Shown here: positions 54,408-64,000 of the stretch, one piece after another
Layout of the letters: every line of letters begins with the position of its first letter
Numbering within the stretch: position 1 is the first letter of the stretch
Position numbers and translations under genes: made by a program
Notes under the pieces: generated by a model
The model's database searches: none
Seen by the model: the letters and a program-made list of their open reading frames with translations, nothing else
What the model was told of the DNA's origin: nothing
Assembly (NCBI GenBank): GCA_964035545.1
Contig: OZ037766.1
Span: forward strand, 13,320,722-13,384,721
Direction of reading: 5' to 3'
Length of the DNA stretch: 64,000 nucleotides
Source of the DNA: Bugula neritina
Lineage: Eukaryota > Animalia > Bryozoa

Positions 54408-55659
54408 GGTTATCCATTTGCACGGAGAGGAACGGAGAGGTGAACTTTGAGTTAACTTCAACATTCAAAATCACATTGTATGCAAACACGCCAATAAAAC
54501 CGGGCAATATGCATATTATTTAAAAGAGAAAAATATATTCTACAAAATGAAATGAATAATGTGAAGTTTTAATGAACTTGATAAAAATTATGTCCTGTTA
54601 AATGTACAAAACCTCTGAAACTTCAAAAATGTCACTAAGATATTTAGTACAAAATACCACAGTAAACTTCAATTTCTTAGTCAAATGTTGAACGCATATT
54701 ATCAATGTTTGTTTTTTCAGATTATTTAGAGGATTTTACACAAAATAAGTGTAATTACAATCTTTCACAGCTAAAAAATACTGAAATTAGACAGCTTAAA
54801 AATTTTATGTTTGGCATTAGGGATTTGTACTAAATTAAGTGGACATAGCCATATGAAGTGTTTATGATATTGAAACCTAAATTAAATGACAACATTGTGA
54901 TTTGTGATTAGCACAATTTGTGAATTACCGTGTCTATGAAAATAGGCATATTGATGAAATAACAATGACGATCACATTCAATAGATTAATAACAAAATGA
55001 ACTGCGATTCAAATACTATACAGACAAATTCTCAATTTGCTGCTATGATCTTATGATTATCATCTTAATTCAAGAAAGCAACTAAACATATCCAACAGTT
55101 TAACTTTATGACTATTTAATATTAGCATGCTTATGGATATCTAATACACTAAGTTCAAATTTATATCACTATTAGTATCTAATTTTTAGTTGATCTAATT
55201 GAAATTTTATTCAAATTTCCAAAGCAGTCAGTATCCATACGAAGTTAATGGTTTGGAAATTTAAGGAGAACCCCTCAAATATGAAGTAGAAAAAAATTAA
55301 AATCTAAAAAAAATAACTTCGTTTTCAATTGTAAAACCTCAAATTCTACATTTTACATATAACATAAGAAACAGAATGTCTTATATCGGACAACCTTATC
55401 TTGGGGCTACCATTTTTCCATTTAAAGCAAGTCAAAATGGGAAAGCTGAATGTTTGAGTCACCAAACCTAGTATTAGTAAAATAGGATGTGCTAAACCGA
55501 CTAAATTCCAAATTGTAAATTCGAATTGCATAAAATATTGAAATCAGTAAAAAATGAGTAGGAACTTTAGAAGTTGAAAATAAAACTAACCAAGAAATAA
55601 AAATTGAAATTTTGCTAGAGTTCTGGTAGTGTAAAACTAAATGTGTAAATGCTACAATT

Positions 55660-56460
55660 ACTACTACTATTACTATAACTACTTAGTATTGATATATAAC
55701 AAATATTAGTATTAGCCATATTAATATTACTATAACTATAACCTAGGTGAGTATAACACTATAACAAAAAGTATTATATTAACTCATTTAGTATTAGTTA
55801 TTGTTAAACTTAATGCTATGTAATTGTACTTATACAGTTATAGCTACTCATAGTCATTATCATAATGAGAATCAATCATAATAATAAATAAATATTATTA
55901 GGCTACTATTATTATTTAGTACTATGATTAAGTTATAGTAATACTAATAGTAATACTAATAATAAAACTAAATGAGTAAATGTAATGCTAATACGAATAG
56001 TAATACTAACAGTATCACTAATACTAATAGTAATAGTCAGACTCAGAGTCATACTAAAAGTAAAATGATGACATTTACTATAAGTGAGTATAACTAATAG
56101 TAACAGTATTACTATTACTATTAGTATTACTATTAGTAAATGTTATCGTATTAATTTAATTCTATTACTAGTGGTATTACTATCTCATTCTTAAACTTAA
56201 AGCTAATCTTTTAAGATAAAATATTCCTTTGGGCTTGACTTAAAGCCAAAGTTACATTTATCATTTATGATCATGATGATGATGACGGATGATCTATTAG
56301 TATTAGTATTTATAAACTTAAACTTCAACTTAAAGCTAAGCCAACAACTTTTGTTTCTCATTTTAATTATCATAGTAATACTAATAATTTACTAATACTA
56401 CTAATACTAATACTAATAGTAATACTAATAGTAATACTAATAGAGTAATACTAATAGTAT
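55660..56460. repeat. Low-complexity (TAC/TAA/TAG)-type simple-repeat tract
   Basis: Recurrent taatac/taatag/tactaa units, densest at 56376-56460; boundaries approximate. Confidence 0.7.
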
Positions 56461-56462
56461 TA

Positions 56463-57153
56463 GGTAAATCAAATATCCTTTAGCCCCGCCTACTTTCGCA
56501 AAATCGAGTGGCATCGATAGCCCGAGCAAAATCTGGAAAGCGTTCAGTACAGAAAACCTGTTTAGACCTCTTTTTGATTTGCTAATAACTTTTAATATAG
56601 TTCATGCAGAGAAAATTTGAAGATATCATTGTGTAGCAGAGCCTTATATTAAACTGATTTTATGATCACGAACCCCTTCAAATCCTCTGCTCCTTGTGGT
56701 AAGGAGTGTTAAAATATAGTAAAAATCCATATTTTTCAATCGATAATTTAAGTTATAATTTGTGACAGATATGTAAAATGAATATATTTTAAAACCATCT
56801 CTAAGGGTTTTCTATCAATTGAAGTATTAATATGATGATATTATGCTTTAGCTATTTAGTTATAATGATTTAAGTCGAAGGCTATGCTCAAGACTTGTAG
56901 ATTTTTGAGATAGCTATTACGCTATTGTTGCTAAACGCATGAAAATAAGTGGGTTCGCTAAAGCATTCATGGCGTGAAGATTTAATTGCTCGGGTAACTG
57001 GTTGAACGTCATAAATTTACAAGCTAATATCTGCACTTGTAGTTGATCTTGCCTGTTGAAAGTGCATTGAAGTTCACTCAAATTTTTTTGTCTACCGATC
57101 TAACCTAAAATTAAACTGTAAAGCGTTACTTGAAAATTATCATTTGATGTACC
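56463..57153. mobile_element. Candidate MITE with 12-bp TIRs (GGTAAATCAAAT / ATTTGATGTACC)
   Basis: 11/12 inverted match at the ends of a complex-sequence island that interrupts a (TAATAG/TAATAC)n tract; flanked by TA on both sides (8-mers tagtatta/tactaata match 6/8); superfamily uncertain. Confidence 0.5.
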
Positions 57154-58158
57154 TACTAATAGTAATAGTCATAGTGATAGTACTACTACTAGTACTAGTA
57201 GTAGTAGGCCATTCTGATTTTGATGAAGATTGTCAGTCTGAGTCTGGCAATCACAATTAGTACCATTCACAATAAATTTGATCGGTAGAATTGGAAGTTA
57301 GGCTATTAGTATTAGTATTAGTATCTGTATTCACTATTTCAGTATTTGAATTTCAGAAATTATATTTAAAAATTTATTTATAATAAATATAATAATATTA
57401 TTATTAATATCCATATTCATATTGTTGCAAACTAAGAGCTGGGCCATGACCATTGAACCCTGCAGGCTACAGCCATTGTTAAGAACGTGTGCAACAGAGA
57501 TAACAAGAATAAGCTTACAGTTGAAGAATATTAACTATTAAGTTTAACACTAACAGTTGAGTATTGAGTAAGCTTTGTCACAGCTCTATCGGCATGGCAA
57601 ATAATATTATGACCTTGATCTACAAATGTAGTCATATTTAAACTGGATAACTCAGAGTCGGGTAAAATAATATATCTTATAATGTATCACAAGGCCTAAG
57701 CTCCGTCATAGTATCTGAAAACTAATATTACTGGTTACACTAGTACATCCGTTTCTCTTGATAACCATAATAGCGTGTTATTTCTAGTTGGCAAGTATGC
57801 TACAAGTACAATATGAATATAAATATTATTAATACTACTACTAATAGTTAAGTTAGTTATACTTAGAGTAACAGTAAGTATGACAATAACTATAATACTA
57901 ATGGACTAGCTCTATTAGTTATAGTCATACTCATAGTCATACTGACGGTTTAATTCCAGATAGATGACCCCCAGATACTCACACTCAGTCTCACAGTGAC
58001 AGTCTGAGTCACTGATTCTGATAGTGATAGTCTGATAGACTTACTTTTAGTTTTAGAGTCCCGGTATAACATTAAGTGTTTAACTGGGATTTATTTATCT
58101 GGAATGACACCATACTGATACTGATAGTGACTGAGAGTGAGTAAGACTAAGACTAAGA

Positions 58159-58694
58159 GGGTGCAGGTCATTTCGTACATAGGACTAGGTCGTTCCGTAC
58201 CCAATTTGAATTTTTCAGGTCGTTTCGTACACATCTGATAGGTCGTTTCGCACACATCAGTTTAAATTTAAATTAAATAAAATACATATGTTTTAATCTT
58301 TTTTTGTTATTTCATTATTTGGTGTATGAGAAGACGTAGTACAGCAATGATAGATTAAGATTAATATAAACATTAATGTTGATTAAAATAAAACCAAAAT
58401 GAAAAACATAGTAGCGTGTTCAATAAATAAAATAATTATAATAATCATAATGATTTATAATCATATAAAAATAAATATTAAAATTATTAATGCATTTACT
58501 GTTTAGTTTCATCATAATATAAATATTAATATAATTATAATAGAGTAATATAAAACATTGATCAAAAGGTGACATGGGATACAATAAATAAGTAAACTAG
58601 TATTTAACTTTCAAGTGGTTATCCAGTGGATTAATTTATTATTTATTTTGGGTACGAAATGAATAGCAGTTTGTGTACAAAATGACAGTAACCC
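58159..58694. mobile_element. 536-bp MITE with 8-bp TSD and subterminal repeats
   Basis: GGG...CCC ends; imperfect TIR gggtgcaggtcatttcgtaca versus tgtacaaaatgacagtaaccc; TSD GACTAAGA at 58151-58158 and 58695-58702; four AGGTCGTTTCGTAC-like repeats on the left and inverted copies on the right. Confidence 0.8.
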
Positions 58695-60744
58695 GACTAA
58701 GACTTTGACTTTAAGTTTATGTCTATTACTAATAGACATAAACTTAATAGCCACAATGACATTGTGATTGACAATAGACATAGTTAATAATGTTATGAAA
58801 ATGAAAACATTAAATTTGACATGTGTATAATTTAAATAAAGATTATCATTATCACATTCTGTCTTAGGAATATCAGACAAAAATACTAATTAAGTTTAAC
58901 TGTTAGCTTTAACATCATTTATAATTGTAAAGTCTAACAAGTAAATAAAAAGAAAATTAATTAGCTGACTAAAATGAAAATATGTTGACAAATTGGTAAT
59001 ATGATTTTTAAGTATAAGACTGGTATTTGATCTCTGAGCTTAGGAGCTCTACTAAGCAGATGGTAGTCTTGCCAGACCAAAACCAATATTTGAAACAAAT
59101 AAGTATAGTCAAAAATGAGCATGTGGCATTGTGATTGTCCATTCAGATAGCACCACATTTCCAGCCAACCCCAACACTGGCCATGCCTGGGCATGTCCTT
59201 TTCTAAGGAGAATGGCCAGATGTTGACAAACACACTTGGTTAATCAATGGGTTATTATGACAGCTGTTTAATAAATATTAGTACTCATTGTCCTTTAAAT
59301 AATATTTAAGGATTAGTCTTATAATTTATGTGCACTACTTAGGCGATGTGGCTAGCTATAAGTTAAGTATTAGATTTAGTACACTAATAGTTATAGTTAT
59401 ACTTGTAGTAAAAGTAGAGGTAAAACTAAATAACCGCTGTACTAAATGTAATACAGAGAATAACTGTAGATTTAAATTAAATATAAATATGAAATGAATG
59501 TAATAATTATAATATCAAATTTAATATTAATATAATCATCTCACCTGGTAAAAATTAGAACACTCTCACTCTCTGTTAATAGGTTCAGGTTGATGGCTCA
59601 AAATTCATGAGTGCCTCTAGCTCTCGGACTTGTGTTATTTTTGTTTGAGTTTGTCATCGTGAAAATCATATGTTGAGCTAAATGTATTCTAGCAAGTCTT
59701 TTTATTTTTCAGTAAGAAATTTTTCAAGGATTAACTTCTTTGCCCACATGGCATTGGGCTTTAGGACAAGTTTTTACCAAATAGTATGTTTGGTCACATC
59801 TATTTATTTATTTAAAATACTCTTTATTTAAGCAGCAATATAAGAATGTATGTTTATGGGATTTTGACTACCAATTGGTGTGTCGTAAATTCGAAACAGC
59901 AATATAAATATTCTTTATAAACATATATGTTCTTCTCAGCATCATTCAGCCTATTTTGTTACTAGGAATATCATATAAGAAAATTCTTTTGATAACAATT
60001 TAGTCTTTTAGCCATTCTTGATACTCTAACTCAGAGATGTCCAGCCTGGTGTGAAGGCCACATTGTACACCTTAGCTTGAGCTGGGGGGCCATAGCATTA
60101 GTATTTTCAAGTTGCTTTATTCCAAGTTCCCATGAATCATTACACATTGAAGTCCCAATAACTACTGCAGCCTGGATGTTTTGTTGCATGTATATAAATA
60201 AGGCATTAAAAAGTGTTATTTCCACTGTAATTCATATGTGTGCAAAGTAAATGTATAATTTGTTATGCCTTTGAGGGCCACATAAATAGAGGCCCTGGGG
60301 CCGCCTGTTTGACAACCTGCTCTAACTGGTAGCCTCTCACTTCAAAGTATTACTCTTAACATTGGTCTCTTTTTCCAATCATTTTCACTCTATAACCTGC
60401 TAGTTATGCAGTGGTAAATGGTCACAACTTGCTAGGTTCCCTCCAAGTTAACAAAAGATGTAGTCCAAGTTACCAGTCTATGGTTTTAAAGCTATTATAG
60501 CATTTTTTAAGTTACAGTAAATGTAATATAACTGTAAACAACCCTAGCAGCATTTATATTATAAAGTATTAACCTCAAAACTGCACCTTTACATGTTGTA
60601 TCAACTCTTTTTTTATTTTTCTTATAGCTAATCTAGTTTTAAATTTGATACTGCTGCCTGTTATCTTCCCAAAATATAATGCTTTATTTTATAGCAACAA
60701 TAACTACTTTTAGGTGTTGAACCACCTGTGCCAACCAATGAAAT

Positions 60745-62244
60745 ATGGGAATCTTTGATCTACCCATTTGTGTTATTGTAACTGGAGCCAACAGAGGTTT
60801 TGGAAGAGAACTCTGTTTTGTGATCAGCTCTGAGCTTCCAGCAAACTCTACTTTAGTATTATTAGGTCGAAACAGAGATGCCTTGGAATCTGAGAAGAAA
60901 GAGTTAGCTTCTAAAACTCCATCAATCAACATCTTGATATTTCATAACTTTGAATGCAATGGGCTTGATACACAATCACTACGTCTATTTTTCGATCAGC
61001 ATGATAATCTCTTTAAAGATCTATCCTCACTTTTGTTGATACACAATGCTGGAAGCGTTGGTGACCCCTCCCAATCTTGTGTGGATCTCGATTTACCTCA
61101 AGTTACTGATTACATGAATATAAACTTTAATTCGATGGTCGCTACAAACAGCATTGTACTGAACAAGTTTGCTTCTTGCAAACATAAAACTGTTATTAAT
61201 ATATCGTCATTACTAGCTACTCAGCCTAGTAAAAGCCTTTCACTTTATTGCAGCTGTAAGTTCTCCCATTGTATTTTTTATTTTCTCACTGCATCTTTTA
61301 CAAAATTATGCCTTCGAGGAGTTGTCATATCACTAAATTTGTAAAACTGCCTGAATATCTTCTAGAATCTATTAAATCATGTTGGTAAATATATTTTGTT
61401 TTCTGGAGGTTTTGTATTGCACATATAGCACCTTAAAATCTATAAATAACTGTATGGACAATGGTCACTGTTATAATTTGTGTGATTTCTCAACAACCTA
61501 TGACCAAACTAATTTTAGCCTATAAGATCTCATTAAATAGTGTTTTTGGTAGCTTTATTCAGACAAAATTATCCCAGATTGAACATTTGTAGCGCGTCTT
61601 CTGATTACATCAATTACACTCCTTTTTCCTATATGAGGAAGAAATGCTAGCTTAGATAATGAACCAATTTTACTGGAACAAAAGTCAAAATTCAATTTAT
61701 GTTATTTCTGCAATGGGAATTTACAAACTTAATTGTTGAATGTTTTATATTTTTGCTTTTGTTTTTGATTGAAGGTAAAGCTGCCAGAGATATGTTCTTT
61801 AAGATACTGGCAATAGAACAGCCTTTGTGTAGAGTGCTCAGCTATGCACCTGGGCCCATGGAAACTGCCATGTTTAACCAAATCCGGAATGAGTCATTTG
61901 ATGATGAATTAAAAAAAATGTTTCAAGGTAAATTCAAATTTTGCATTTTTATATATTCTGCAACCTAAATATAGAGTATTTTTCTCAAAGTAAATTGTGT
62001 TTTTAACACTGTAGCTGTTAGCCATAAAAGTTAAAATTGGATGCTGAAATAAGTAGAATACTATTTTGCATTTACAATGCCCCATTTTAGTAGCTTAATG
62101 ATTAGTAAGCAAGTTAATATTCTGTTTATGGCGTGTTTAGATATGGTACCTGTAAACATGACTGATTCTGCTAAGAAGTTGATGGCACTTGTTAAAGAAG
62201 ATAAGTTCACTTCTGGTGATCATGTTGATTACTTTGACTCCTGA
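60745..62244 (+). CDS. SPR: Sepiapterin reductase (SDR family), ~255 aa
   Basis: Exons 60745-61255, 61775-61927, 62141-62244; 768 nt in phase. Motifs: TGANRGFG, HNAGSVGD, NISSL, catalytic YCSCK followed by AARDMFF, YAPGPMET, and the SPR-typical C-terminus SGDHVDYFD. Confidence 0.94.
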
Positions 62245-63536
62245 AGGTTCACATCAGATTGGTAAAGAAATCTCTTAACTGATAATGGCGGTTACTGTGC
62301 AGTATTCTAGCATGATGGGTACAACTTCTTTTAAATGTTGTTTTTTCTAAAACACTCACTTTGATTATACGCAGAATCATTGTAAAGTAAATCTAGACTG
62401 AAGCATAAGATATTTTAAAATAAAATGGACATTATCATTTTATTTTGTGTTGTGGAATTTGATTCTATGATGGTCTTCTTCTGTCACATTTATATCATGT
62501 TGTTTTATATTTATGTTACTCTTTTTATTATAATCTAGTCTGATATTTTGAAACTATACAAATATAGTTTTGCTTCTGGCAGCAGTTATTAGCTTAGCTT
62601 TCTGTCCACTCTAAGACTTAAATATTTTCATTTACTACTTTGCTTGTAGTTGCCTAAACACAAAAGTGAAAATGTTTTGAGTAATGCATGTTTTCAAAAT
62701 TTACACAAAACCATTATTGCCACTTGAATTTTTAATTTGAACTCATCAGTTGTTGCTTATTCACTCTTGAGAAAAATTCTATGGTAGAACTATAACAGTG
62801 TAAATTTAAATAGCCAAGTACCCACATTTCTTTGCCAATAGAGCTATCTCAACAGTGCTTGCTGGTAATTTACAGAAAAACAAGCTCTCTCAACCACTTC
62901 AACATGTAGAAATTTGATGGCAGAATATTTACCAATGCATCAATTTTAACATCAATTATGTTCAGGCTTTATTGAGGATAACCAAGTATATTGTAAGTTA
63001 GTGAGCTGTATATTCATATATTATGTATATTCTCACCTGCCTATAGAGAAAGCTATGGTACACATCAAGTCTTAAAACAAGTTTATGTATGCCTCCTTTC
63101 AAATGTATAACTTGCACAATATTATAAGCATACTGATAACTGTCAGTGATGTTAGTAAATGGTACCAAGCTTAAATCAACTTTTGATGTTGGCAATGTGA
63201 AGACTAACCATCTGCTTCTGAAAAAATGACTTGAAAAGTGAAATACCTAAATATAAGCTTGTCTAGTACACCATAAAATAGATTAGATAAAATAAAGCAT
63301 CATGACTCTTGAGAGTTTTTAAGTAACTTGCTTTTGTCAGATTTTAAAGCATAGCTGTATCTGTTTACTATAAGACGTTGGTATTTTAATAATATTATGA
63401 ATGGCTTGAATAATATCTGAAAGCTATAATAAAACTACACATAACATTGTATTCAAAATACTATTACTTCCATATGAATTTAAATAGCTACTGACAAAAT
63501 CTATTTTGGAAGGTTGCACCAATTTATAAGTTGCTG

Positions 63537-63654
63537 CTAAGAAGGATGGTCTGGTTTATCAAAGTCTTCTGCGTATTCCTTGGTTAAGGGGAAAATGACA
63601 AGACATCCAATTGTAGATGACAGCATCATTAGTAGGTAGAGCCAGAATAAACAT
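63537..63654 (-). CDS. Probable terminal exon of a membrane-protein gene extending beyond the window
   Basis: Strong acceptor tatttttctattacag; the phase-2 frame reads CLFWLYLLMMLSSTIGCLVIFPLTKEYAEDFDKPDHPS* (a hydrophobic helix plus a polar tail); upstream exons not identified. Confidence 0.4.
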
Positions 63655-64000
63655 CTGTAATAGAAAAATATAAGTTAAAATATACCAGTAGGCCAAGCGA
63701 GTGTGGGGCATACACTGTAACCTACATGTTATATGAATTGGGTCTGTGTATTGTAACACCAGCAATACAAACAGTAAGTGCAAAAGCACTCCTCCCCTAG
63801 CAGCACAAAGTAACAGTTGCACAGTTTTAAAGTGCCCAGGGTACACTTTATTCATGCAGTATTAAAATATTCATATATATCTCAGCTATCGTTTACAAAC
63901 TCGACTGCATGCTCAAACAATTTTGTGTTTTAATAAATTTTGTGCCCATGCTGACTGTAGGTTCATTGAACTCTGAAACTCAATTTAAATGAATATTTTA

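Noticed and set aside
44886-62244. CTPS and SPR as a nucleotide/pterin metabolic gene cluster
   Set aside because: Different pathways, with probable promoters about 5 kb apart and separated by repeats; no evidence of co-regulation.
63559-63855. 98-aa minus-strand ORF as a standalone gene
   Set aside because: It runs through a polypyrimidine tract and acceptor; a different frame from 63654 gives a more plausible terminal exon.

Overview
AT-rich, intron-containing DNA from an invertebrate animal; the species cannot be determined from the sequence. I assembled five spliced genes by hand with consistent exon phases. (1) A large uncharacterized minus-strand gene (CDS 20666 down to 376, about 19-20 exons, about 1900 aa) with a 2.9-kb exon and a run of symmetric phase-2 exons. 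(2) A ZNF704/ZNF395/GLUT4EF-family C-clamp transcription factor (+, 25478-33568). (3) PDIA4/ERp72 (-, 34703-39946). (4) CTP synthase (-, 44886-52660), whose first coding intron is GC-AG. (5) Sepiapterin reductase (+, 60745-62244). A probable last exon of a membrane-protein gene enters at the right edge. The most unusual structure is a 3.75-kb Sola2-type DNA transposon (40333-44086, TSD ATAG) that is nearly a complete palindrome: near-identical 1.2-kb outer arms, diverged back-to-back transposase relics and two nested insertions, just upstream of the PDIA4 promoter. The window also holds MITEs, a tRNA-derived SINE, microsatellites and candidate ERSE and E2F/YY1 promoter motifs. I see no prokaryote-type system (CRISPR, operon). 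The best novelty candidates are the orphan ~1900-aa gene and the foldback element.
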